Positions 26,501 to 38,400 of a DNA stretch of 64,000 bases are shown one piece after another (position 1 is the stretch's first letter; every line of letters begins with the position of its first letter). Position numbers and translations under genes: made by a program. The stretch covers positions 18,031 through 82,030 of the forward strand of contig RHPI01000101.1 in the NCBI GenBank assembly GCA_009103225.1. Reading direction: 5' to 3'. This stretch comes from Chlorokybus atmophyticus (Eukaryota > Plantae > Mesostigma and Chlorokybus algae). The notes under the pieces were generated by a model. It saw only the letters and a program-made list of their open reading frames with translations. It did no database searches and was not told the DNA's origin.

Positions 26501-29500
26501 TAAGGCACAGTAGCACCCGACACGTGAAGAACGTCAACACCAACCGCCCGGTCTTAAACAAGAACGTATGCAAACAGTCTGGACAATGAATGGACAACCA
26601 TACGCAGACACAACTGAACGCGACCACACACATGCATGTACGCATGCACACAACCCTGTGTGTGCGCGGGCGCGCGTGCACACACGCACGCGCGCACGCA
26701 CGCATACTCACACACATATGCATACGCACGTAGATACGCGCACGCATGCACGCACATTCATCCACCCATCCCCCCCCNNNNNNNNNNNNNNNNNNNNNNN
26801 NNNNNNNNNNNNNNNNNNNNNNNNNNNNNNNNNNNNNNNNNNNNNNNNNNNNNNNNNNNNNNNNNNNNNNNNNNNNNNNNNNNNNNNNNNNNNNNNNNNN
26901 NNNNNNNNNNNNNNNNNNNNNNNNNNNNNNNNNNNNNNNNNNNNNNNNNNNNNNNNNNNNNNNNNNNNNNNNNNNNNNNNNNNNNNNNNNNNNNNNNNNN
27001 NNNNNNNNNNNNNNNNNNNNNNNNNNNNNNNNNNNNNNNNNNNTTTATTATCTTATTGAGCCCCCCCCCCTTCTCACCTGTCCTAAACCAGTTGACCTGC
27101 ACCTGCACCGTCCCCCCCACCAGTCCCGTCTCATTCCCCACAACCACCAACGCCGGCGAGAAGTCCACGCTCTCCGTCACATTCCCGCTCCCGAGCGCGG
27201 CGTAGTAGGAGACGGTTATCGATGTGGTGGACGTGGCGCCGGGGGAGATGGAGCCGGAGGTGGAGGAGGGGTGGAGCCAGGAGGAGGAGGAGGAGGAGAG
27301 GGAGGTGAGGGAGGAGGAGGAGAAGGACCAGAGGACTGGGAGGAGACCGGGGTTGGAGAGCCTGGGGAAGAGTGTGTGGGTGGGTACGTGCGTGCATGTG
27401 TGCGAGCGCGTGTCTGTGTGCGTGCATGTGGGTGGCAGTGCGTAGCTTGGGAGGGATGAATGCACAGTCGCGCTTACTGGAATGTGACAGTCGTTTGGGA
27501 GCCGACGCCAATCAGCGTAGCTTGCAGCAACACGGAACTCACCGGCTCAAACGAAACTGCCACACAACCCAATCACAATCAGCCCACCCACTCACCCCAC
27601 CCACCCCCACCCACGCACCAGGATCCACCATCGCCAGTCCCGGCGCATACACCGGCGGGTTCGGCGGCGGCATTGGCGGCGGTGTCGGCGGTGCCATCGG
27701 CGGCATCGGCGGCGGCGGCGTCTCCCCATCCTGCACCGCGAGACACCGCGCCACGGCTTGCGCGAGGACGGTTTGACAGCGTGATGTGATCGAGTTGTGA
27801 AGGATGGTAGGGGAGACGTTGGGGAGGAGGTCGAGGACGAAACCGTCCTGGGGAGTGGACGAGTGAGGTGTGATGCAAGGAAGTGGTGAGTTGAAGTTGG
27901 AGAGTAATAATAACAACGAGTGCGTGACAGTGCACACACCTGCGAGTAGCGACCTTGTTGACCGGCTTGGAAGAACCAAGCGGACGTGTTGAGGTCGGAG
28001 GAGCTGCGCCAGACGTACCTGTGCCAAGCGTAGGAATGGTGTTGGGTAGTAGTATGGCATTCTATGCTTGGGGGTCGCTGAGCAGTGTGCATGGCACGTA
28101 TTGGTGCAGTGACCATAAACACCCATACTGTGTGTAACGTTTGCGTGTGTGTGCATGTGCGTACGTTCCATCTCCCCACCCCCCACTCACGGCAGCGTGA
28201 AGTTCCCTCCCGCGCCATAGTCATGAGGGATGTCCCCCCTATCCCTTTCCCCCATGGCGTAGTCGGCGGTGCACGACGCGTCCGGTGCGCCGTACACCTC
28301 GCGGATGCGGGAGGGGACGGGACACGAACGCGAACGGGAACGGAGCTGGCGGAGGCGGAGGGCACCGACTACATTGGCCTGGTGTGGGAGGAGCGAGTGT
28401 GTTGGATGTCTGTGGTGGTAGGGGGTGAGTGATGTTGTTGTTGGCTTACTTGGCCGAGGATTTGGAGGCGCTGCGAGGGGATGAGAGGGGTGCCCGAGGA
28501 GGGATCCGTTTGGGGGTAAGTCAGGGAGAGGAACGTGCCGTTCAGGTACTGTGTGTAAAGCCAGGGGTTGGTTACACAACAATCACTGAGTGGAGGTCAT
28601 CAGAGAGAGAGAGTGTGTGCGTTTGTGGCTCTGCTGCTTACTGTCCAGAGGGCGGAGGTGTTGGTGATGGCGCTCGTGTCGTACGTGGCTGTGGAGTTTT
28701 TTATTTCATCAACAGAAGCAGTGAGTATCACGTATTGTTGTGTGACCATCATCATCATTAACAGAGGTGTGTGGTTTGTCTCTCACCTTTGGCGTAAGAG
28801 TTGATGTAGTACTGGACGCTGCCAGGCTTAGCCGCAAACACAACTGAGTAAAAGAGAGCACGCAGGGCAATATGAGAGACAAAAGTCGTTGTGGTCCGGT
28901 ATGTGGATGAAGAATAAAACTGCCTAGAGAGTGTGAGGTTTGCGTACCAATGGAGAACAAGATCACGAAGAGGAGGTACGCTCCCGCACCGACGTACAGC
29001 TGTGGTTTTACATAGACGTACAATGAGTACGTTGCAGGTTTTAGAACATACGTTGGATGCGAACGGTGAAGGAAGACTTCTTCTACGCAGACAGTCAAAG
29101 CGCATTGCATGGTAGGGATAGTTGTAGATTGTGACATACAGCTAGCAAGTGTTGGGTTCAACATGTTATTCACGTGTAGCAGCAAGCAGTTGGAAAAAGA
29201 AATCTTGAGACGCGATATGTGGTTGTCCTCCAAGAATGCTGGTTACTACCTTCAACAACGCTGTCACAACACAACTATGGCATGGTTGCTTTATGTCAAA
29301 GCCACCAACAGGAGACACCACCTCCAGAGCTATGCACACCTTCTCTGTGTGTGCGAGTGTGCGGTAAACAACTTGGTTTGAGTTGATCCTGATTGTTGTA
29401 CACAGTATGCAGATTGAGGACTGACAATAATTGTTATTCCGACACATGGCAATCTCACACCTGCGCTTTCTCCTTGATGACCTTCAGCTTGCCCACCGCC

Positions 29501-29553
29501 AGCCGCTGCCTCGGCGCTCCCCGGTTCATCCGCATGATATGCCCTCGCGCCAT
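23539..29553 (-). CDS. PKD2-like: Polycystin-2 / TRPP-like cation channel, about 20 exons, one region lost in the N gap 26778-27042
   Basis: TOP-domain motifs NVVGALRLRQLRSRSRSC and WIDGHTRAVIVDISLLNPSWNLFTTIRLLFEIPPSG. S4-S6 motifs FLYVRFFKYL...FDLFLF...FSSTFDSL and NRILTPLLFFAFVFFCFFVLLSMFLAIVADSFADVK. EF-hand-like YDVTANEILDADEM and a coiled-coil tail. ATG at 29553; stop at 23541-23539. The 5'-most exons are tentative. Confidence 0.9.
26778..27042. other. Assembly gap (N run) flanked by C-runs
   Basis: Direct reading. Confidence 1.
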
Positions 29554-29629
29554 AGTGACAGAGATGATCAAATCACACCTCCCTCGTGTCCTGGCCTGGC
29601 CTGGCCTGGCCTGGTGGGGCCTTCCGGCT

Positions 29630-29664
<35 letters not shown>

Positions 29665-29953
29665 TGGCCTGGCCTGGCTTGGCCTGGTGTAACACACTGC
29701 AGCACCAACAAGAGGTCACGTGACGAGCTGCAAATGACGCTGAGATCGTCATTTGCGTTACGTGTTCTCCCGTAAGCAGTTTGGAGAGCTGTCCGATCGG
29801 CAGCAAGGTAGCAACGTGGACAACCTTTGTGTCCTCCGATGTAACTATGCTCAAGGAAGTCGTATCTGGCGACAAACGTATTCTAGGTCTATTCTTCCAA
29901 GCCCAGGCCAGGCTATCAGGCCAGGCCAGGCCAGGCCGGCTGCCGCTGCTGCC
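29554..29953. promoter_or_regulatory. Shared divergent promoter/5' UTR region with mirrored (CCTGG)n and (CCAGG)n arrays and (GCC)n
   Basis: Only 400 bp separate the opposing ATGs (29553 on -, 29954 on +). CCTGG x5 at 29590-29614, (GCC)n at 29630-29662, CCTGG-like at 29664-29687, CCAGG array at 29903-29937. Confidence 0.65.
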
Positions 29954-32409
29954 ATGCTGCCGCCGATCTCCGCCGCCGGCGGTGGCCTGCGCGTCAGTTG
30001 GAGCGAGCCTGGGCCCGCCGCTATCGAGGAGGACGGGGAGGAGGAGGACGACAACAATGACACCACGAAGGAGGCGGCGGCGGATGATACTGAGCCTAAG
30101 GCAGGGCAGCGGCGGAGAAGAAATGTTGATAGAAACGATGTTGATACGCATCTTATTAGGCTGTTGGGAAGGTCTCAGTCCGCTATGGGCAACTACGCTT
30201 GCTACCGACGCAGCGCTGGTGCTGGCCAGTGCAGGAGTAGTAGTAGTAGTGGTATGGGAGGTGGAGCCAAGTCCTTTGAGGAGGAGATGATGCTCAGCCA
30301 GGCTCAGAGGAGAAAGGGTGCTGCAGAGCAAGCAAAGGACGCCCTTGAGACGGTAATATAAAACTCACAATAAGGTATCAATGGAGCTTGAGACGCATCA
30401 GAATCTGAACGTTGCAGTGCACTGCTGTAATCGTGCCAAGACGGAATTTGTGGTATATGTTGACAGCCTTACACGCGTATCAACTCTACACAAACTTGGC
30501 AGTTGCATCAATGTGGCTTTAGCGCAGGTTGCGAGCCCTCCGGTATTGTACTCACATTGCATGGCTGTTGTTTGGCTCGCTAGCTTGCATAACACGTTCA
30601 CACGTTGAACAAAATCGTTTGACATGCTTGGTCATCGGCGTTTGCACCCCAAAAAGACCAGCGCACAAACTGAACACATAGACACATGTAGTCATACGCT
30701 GAGTTCGTGTACATCCTATCTGATGCACACCACTCACACACGTACAGGACCTCTCCTCCCCGCGCGCAGCCTGGCCCCCCAACACCTCCACCTTCTCCCT
30801 ATCCTCCTCCTCCTCCTCCCCCTCCCCCTTCTCCTCCACCCACCCTCTCTCCCCCTCCTCCCTCCTCTCCTTTGGCCTCCCCCCCTCCTCCTCCTCCCGC
30901 CTCTACCGCGCCCTCCGCGTCCACTCCGCCGGCTTCCACGAGTCCGTCCAACAGCTCATCTCCCACATACCCACACCCTCCACCCGCACACTCCTCCTCA
31001 CCCACATCTGGCATGCTTACGAGCAACTGTGGGACTCAGCCCTGTGCATCAGCTTCCCGTTGGAAGTGAATGAGATGGCGAGGGAGAAGGTGGCGCTGAG
31101 GGAGAGGGGGGAGGAGTTGGGGAGAGAGGTGGAGAGGTTGAGGGGGGAGTTGGGGAGGGAGAAGGAGGCGAGGGAGAGGGTGGTGAAGGAGGCGATTGAG
31201 AGGGCGGTGAAGGGGAGGGAAGAGGAGAAGAAGGGGAAGGGGAGGGAGAGGGAGCTGGAGCGAGTGACAACGGCACTTGAGGTGGGGGAGGATGTGGTGC
31301 ACACAAATGCACACACACACGGACACAGGGGTGCACGTACGCACACATCACTCAGATGACACACATGCACGCGGGCAACCACAAGCACACACAATTGGCC
31401 ATTCGCATTGGATTGATTGCTGTTGTTGAATAGAGGGCGGAGGAGCGGGAGGAGAAGCTCAAGGCAGCTTTCAAGGCTCTCAGCGCCCGGGCCGCAAAGC
31501 AGGTGCGTGTACGGGGCACCCGTGTACATGCATGAATATCTACAACAACTAGCTGATGGTTTCCCCATTTGTTGGAAGAGTGACGAGTTGGAGGCAGCCA
31601 GTGCTGGGCGGGCTTTTGCAGAGAAGGCCGCAGCCGCAGCACGCGAAGAGCTGTCAGTGTTAAAGCGGGAGTCAGAGACACGTGTCAACGCACTTGAAAC
31701 AGAACTGAAACAGGTAAGATGCATATGTCACAACGCAGTTCTGAGCGTTACGTACACGCATGCGCGCACGCACTATCTTCTTCCGCTGTCGCAGGTCGAA
31801 GGCGAGCTCGCTTCGTGCCAGCTGGCACTCAAGCAGACCTCCACGGCAGCGGAAGCGCGCGTCACCGCGGCTGAGGCGGCCTCCGGGAAGGCGGAGAAGC
31901 TGGCGGAGGAGGCGACGCAGCAGGCGAAGGACCTGCGGAAGTCCATCGCACTCCTAAACGGTACGCATGGCGATGATGCAAAACACACGCACACGCACGC
32001 ATAGGTACGCACGCACACGCACACGCACGCACTCGCATGTCTACATGCCGCGAATGCGCGCATATGTGCGTGCGCACATGCGCATGACTGCTCATGCACA
32101 CAGAGACAGGAGCCCGTGCACACGCACGTATACGCAGACACCTTCAGAGACTGTTTCTCACCCCTTTCAGGTGACCTCAACTACAAGCGCCAGCAGTTGG
32201 CGAAGGAGCAGGCAGCCGTCGAGCACGGTCGCCTCCAGCTCAAGGAGGCCTACGCCCACTGGGACAAGGAGAAGGCCAGAGTGACCGAGAGCCAACGGAC
32301 GATCGAGGAACTGAATCGAACGATAGAGGGACATGATGGGGAGGTGAATGAGGTGAAGAAGCAGCTGAAGGAGTCGAGACAGAAGGTGAGTGAGTGTTGG
32401 GTGTGTGTG

Positions 32410-32441
<32 letters not shown>

Positions 32442-35400
32442 CGTGTGATTCTGATAGTGGCTTTTGTGTAGGTGTTGATGTTGGAGCGAAATGTTAAAGA
32501 CCTTGAGGAGGAGCGTTCCTCCCTCCAATCCAACGAGCACCGTCTCTACGACTGCCTCGAGCGCAAGCGCGCCAAGAAGCAGCGCCACAAGCGTGCCCGC
32601 GAGGACCTAACTCGCACCCTCTCACTCATGGAGGACGCCGCCCGTGATGCCAACGCCCGCGTGCTGGACGCCGACGGGGAGGTCGCTCACGCCCGCGCGG
32701 AGGTGGACAAGGCCAAGGAGGAGGCGGAGCAGTTGGTGAAGGAGGCGGAGGAGAAGGTGCGTGAAGTGGAGAGGTGCTTGGGGCAGGCGAGAGTGGAGAT
32801 GCAGGCGGTGCAGGCGGCGAGAGATGAGGCGATGTGGTCGAGAGTGGATGTGGAACAACAGCTGAAGGAGGCCAAGACGCAAGCTGCGGAAGAGCTCAAG
32901 TATGCACTTTCAGCGTGTGTGTATGGGCATGTATTAGTGGGCATGCGACAGGAGCATTGCACAATGCATGTTGTTGCTGATGACGATGATGTCGATGTTG
33001 TTGGTATCGTTGATGAGGATGGTAAGCATGAACGCGTGCGCAGGAAGGAGCAAGAGTCTCGCGCGCAAGCGATTACCGACCTGGAGGCCAAACATGCAGC
33101 AGAACTCGCCGAGCTTCAAGTGCGTGCACACAAGCACACACACGCATGTGCACTCGCACACAGGCACGCACAGACACCCACTCGCACACAGGCCTCCCTG
33201 GACCTCACCACCCGTCTCCTCTCCGCCTCCACCCTGGAGCTCTCCCAATCCAACGACCGCGCCCGTCGCCTCGCCCGCGACATCGAGTCCTCTTCCCGTC
33301 TCTCCGCTTCGCAGGAGGCTGAGGTGGCTATGTTGACCCTGCGTGTGGCCGAGGCCGAGAGGGAGGGGAGGAGGGTGGCGGAGGAGCACAAGGAGGAGAT
33401 GGTTGGGGTGAGGGAGGAGATGAGGGGGATGAGGGAGGTGATGGAGGATAGGACGGCGGAGGTGAAGGAGTGCGAGGGGAAAGTGAAGGAGGCGGAGAGG
33501 GAGGTGGCGAGGACGAATACGGAGCTACGGCTACTGCAGAACCAGTATGTGGAGTTTAGAACTCAAGCATTTCATACACGCGCACGCACACGCACACGCA
33601 CACATAGCGTGCGTGCTGCGCTGGTTTGTGCACAAAGCTTGCACATACATTGCCACACGCGCGGTTATGCACACGCACACTCACCCACCCACCCCCTTCC
33701 TCCCCCAGGTTGCTCCAACTCGAGGACTCCCACGCCCGCAAGCTGGACCAGATGCGCACGGAGTCCGCCGCCCGCGCCACCGCACTCAACGCCGCGCAGG
33801 AGGCCGCCCGCGTGGCGACGGCCGCGAAAGACAACGCCGAGAAGGAGGCCCTCCAACGGCTGAGGGAGGTCACTGAGACACGCGACCGCGCGGACCGGGT
33901 GGAGGAGAGGGCGGAGGGGTTGGAGGAGGAGTTGAGGAAGGCGCATGTGGTAATGTGGCAGTGTGAGGGCATGTGTGTACAGGGACTGATGTGTCAGGAA
34001 GGATGTGGGGTTGAATGAGAAGTGTGTGTGTTGTAGGATGGAAAGAGGATGGAACTTGAGCTGCGAGAGATGGAGGGAAAGCTGAGGGCAGCGACGGCGA
34101 GTGCCACACAACTTCAAGCTGAGGTGCGCACATATGTACGCATGCGAATCCGCACGCAGACGCACCCACGCATACACACATGCCCGCTTGCATTCATTGC
34201 AGGTAGAGAGAGTGCGCCACACGTTGGCGCTGGAGCACAACTCCACGATGGCGATGTCTCGCCAGGTGGCTTTATCTCAGCAGCGCTCCGCACGTGCAAC
34301 AGTCCACTGGCTGACCTTACGCACACGCACCCTCAAACAAGCCCTGTCCCACGCGCGTAGCGACTTCGCACGCGCGGCCTCACTCGCCGTCAAAGACAAG
34401 GAGCGCAGCACCACGCAAGTGTCAATGCGAGCACAAAGCATCGTCGCCGCCGCGCGTGTCCTTGCCGAAGACATGCGCCAGGCCCTGATTGTTGTTACTA
34501 GTGAGGGTGGGAGTAAACCCAACACGCCCGACACAACAACCCCACTCAAACCCAACAGGAGGCCTCCCTCGGGTGCGATGGCCACAATGGAGTCCGCTGA
34601 GGCTCTCGCATCTGCCTTGGCCAACATCGGTTACCCCGAGGACGCCTTCAAGGACGTCGAGAGCGCTGTCGGTGAGGTCCGCAACCACGCGAAGGCGTGC
34701 GCCAACCACATGCAGATGCTGCATAAAGCCAACATTAACTTAGAAGGAGAACGCGCAGCTGTGGCGGGAAGCGTCTTACGCTTGGAGAAAGAGATTGAAA
34801 CGATCAGTACACGACTCATGTCAATGGATAACGACAACGACACGATGGACGATACAACCAACAACAACTTCGCTCGAAGCAAAGCGGCTTTGGCTCTCCT
34901 CCCCTCCCGCATACACGCCCTCGCAAACACCCTCACTATCCCACTCGACACCTCCCCACTCCCCCCTCCCACCACCACCACCACCACCACCACCACCACA
35001 ACAACAACAAGTTCCACATCAACGACATATGAATCTTACATCACCCTCCATCGTAAGCGTCTGGATGCCGCGGAGACCCTCGCGGCCGTATCCGAGATGG
35101 AGAAGGCGTGTGCGCGCGCGTTCGTGGAGACGAGGGAGGCGAGGGTGGCGCTGGAGAGGGCGAGGAGGGAGGCGGAGGAGGCGAGGGAGGAGGGGAGGGC
35201 CAGGGAGCAGGAGGGGAGAGAGAAGCAGTCGGAAGGTGAGTGGAGAGGTTGTGTTGGGGGGTTTGGGAGGGGGAGTGATGGTGTTGATGTTGATGTTGTG
35301 TGCGTGTGCAGAGGCGGTGTTGATGATACGGAAGGGGATGGAGGATATTCAACAGGCGTCGGAAGAGATGATCACACAGGTATCCCACACACACGTAGAT

Positions 35401-38400
35401 GTGCACGCAAAGTCGCACATGCGCCAATGTGCACACGCACCAATGTGCACACGCACAGGCAAAAACACACATGTACGCACACACATGCGCGCTTGTGAGC
35501 ATGTGTTTGCACACACGCACACGCACGTACTCACGCACGCATACACACACACACACACACACACACAGCAGGTGCATGATCAAGCACGTGAAGCACGTGC
35601 TCACGCAGTTGTCACAATACAACTCCTTCCCCACAGGTGGAGCAACGCTCCCTCACCTCCCTCTCCCTCCTCTCTTCCAAGCTCTCTTCCTCCCTCTCCT
35701 CCCTCCACACCCTCTCCCTCCTCCTCCTCTCCACTCTCTCCTCCCTCTCCTCCACCCGCGCCGCCCACAACACTCTCCTCGCCACCCACAACACCGCCAT
35801 GGCCGAGGTTGACGCCCTGCTTGGGGAGATGGATGATGTGAAGAAGGAGAGGGATGTGGTCAAGGAGGAGAGGGATGAGGCCAGGAAGGAACGGGAGAAG
35901 GTCAAGGAGGAGAAGGAGGAGATGGAGATGCAGGTGGTGGAGGGGAAGAAGAGTGAGAGGGAGGCGGCGTGGAAGGCGCAGGAGGCGGAGGAGAGAGCAG
36001 GTGAGAGTGTGGGTGTGGGTGGATGGGTAGGTGGGTGGGTGGGTGGGGTGCGTGTGTGTATGTGTCGATGAGATGTTTTCTTGTGTAGTGTCGGTGGGTG
36101 TGGCAAGACAGGAGGCTGAGAGGGCTGCGGCCCTTGCGAGCGCGTTGTTGGAGTCTGTCAAGATGCAGGTACGTTGCTGGTGTTGTTGTTGCTGTTGTTG
36201 TTGTTGCCAAGCTGTGTCTAGACGCTCTGTGACACAAACGTATGTGTGATGTTGCGTACGCAGTTGCAAAGCGAGAAGCTCACTTCAGCATCCCTCAGCC
36301 AGCAAGTGTCGCAGCTCAAGACAACACTGGTATACAGACATACACACTCCCAACCCAACCTCACCTCTCTCCCACTCGGTTTCCCAAACCTGTATACACC
36401 ACTCACACACACACACACACACACAAACACGTTTGCAGGACGACAGCGTCCCCATCTCTGACCTCATCCGCACCCAAGACGCCCTGACGGCCGCCACCTC
36501 CGAGCACGCGGCCGCGCAGGAGGCGCTGGCTGCGCTCAACAAGGAGTACAACGGCATGGCCGCCCAGCTTGAAGCGGAGAGAGTGAACGTGGCGGAGGTG
36601 GAGAATGCACTGGCGGAGGCGCAGTACAAGGTGGGTGAGAGGGTGGGTTGGGTGTGTATATAAGGTGTGCGTGCGTGTGGGTAAGTGTTTTTGCATATGT
36701 GCGCGTGTGCAAAGGTGTGCTTCTGCGCACATGCGTGTATAGGACACTGTGTCTGTTTCATGCATTATTTGCGTGGTCCCCATTTGTAGAAGTGTTGTAT
36801 GTGCGTACGCGCCGTGTATGCACGCACAGGCACACACGCACGTGTACTTGACTTGCATTTGTGATGAAACGACCACTTGCGTGTGCAACAAGATGACTTG
36901 ACTTTACATTGTTGTCTTCAGGTGACCACATTGGAGTTGCAGACCCAAACCGATGCGCAAGCCCTCCAGCGCGGATCCGAAGCAGAGATATCCTTACGCT
37001 CATTAACCGACGAGCTCACAAAAACAAAGGTAGTAGAACGTTGATCATTGTACCACATCTCGTTGGGCTTGATTGTGTAACACATTATCACACACAGGAG
37101 GAGTTGCGGCTCGCGCGCATGCCGACTTTACGCCAAGCGTGGTGCGGTACGGTTCCGACATCTCAGTCCTCCCCGTCGATATTGCTCCCGCTGCCCGTGC
37201 TGCGCGCGGTGATATCGCAGATATACGCCGCGAAGCTCGCCGCGGGTGCCACGGCCGAGAACGCCCTCGCCATGCGGGACTTTGTGTACAACGCGTTCAT
37301 GTACAAATTTGGCGTGCGGGCCGTGGCTGAACAACACCTTCACGGGTAGGATGCGAGTGTGGAATGTGGTGTGTGGTGGTGGTGCGTGTGACAAAGTCGT
37401 GTATGTGCATAGGTTGTTGGAAGCGGTGCGGGAACATAGGTCCATCTCACTGTTTGTGGCGACTTTCGGGGACCTGTGCGGGGCTGAACTGGACAAAGCG
37501 CTGCCCGATGACGCTACCGGCTTCTTTACACTGGCATGTCATGCTATTAGCCTTCTAGCCGTCGGCAGCTGTTGCACAAGCAACATGCGCGCACGCACAC
37601 ACACACACGCACACATGCACTCACACACATTACTCCCATGCAGGTTCTGTCCAAGGTTGTCCAGTCTGCCATTGCCAGCATCAGCGCCGAGTCCGCCACC
37701 GAAGGCGACGTGAGGCTGCCGAAGACTCTCCCCGTGGCGACGGCTGTGACCATCATGAGCGACATCTGCAAGCTCGCCGTCGGCGTGGAGCTCGAGGACT
37801 TCAACCGCAAGATCAACGCTGCCGGGGCGGATGTGGCCACGGACATGTTCATGTCAGAGGTGAGAAGTGGGGTTGTAGTGACAAGTCATTTATGTTTGGT
37901 ATGCATCACCTTGGCTTGAGTGTGTGGGTGTGTGTGTAGGCGATACAAGTGTACGTGGTCGATCGGGAGAATGCGGCTCAACGCATAGCTCAGCTGTTTG
38001 ATGATGCTGACAAGGACGGGAGCGTGTCGCTGACCTTCCCCGAGTTCTCCGGATTGTGCTCAACGGTAAGGACTTTGCCAGACACGGTTCACGACACACT
38101 GAGCTGTTGTTGTTGCTGTTGTTGTTGACTCTTGTGTCAGGTGTATGCTGGCGTGAATGAGAGGGAGAAGAAGGTCATGTTCCGAGAGGGACTGCTCTTG
38201 TCGCGTTCAGGGACCAAAGTGGCAAGGGAGGCCTTTGTCCAGGTGCACATGCTGGTTGGTGGTTGCTTGTCAGTTGGAGTACTTGTGTATCTGTGCCATA
38301 GCCGAGGCTCTTGTCGCTGTCCACAGGTGGCCAGAAACCATGGGCTTGGATGCATACCCTGCCTGGCGCAGCCGATACAAACCAATGCAAGTGGACATGT

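Noticed and set aside
29807-29815. RFX X-box half-site GGTAGCAAC in the ciliary-gene promoter
   Set aside because: Only a half-site, and RFX control of ciliary genes is not established for green algae.
30624-31351. Extensin-like poly-Pro ORFs on either strand
   Set aside because: They are off-frame readings of C-rich or G-rich blocks. The spliced frame 30748-31281 is continuous with the coiled-coil protein.
32472-35498. Long single-exon ORFs of 463 and 465 aa
   Set aside because: They read through obvious GT-AG introns (HTHA/CVCV-type filler); the true gene is multi-exon.
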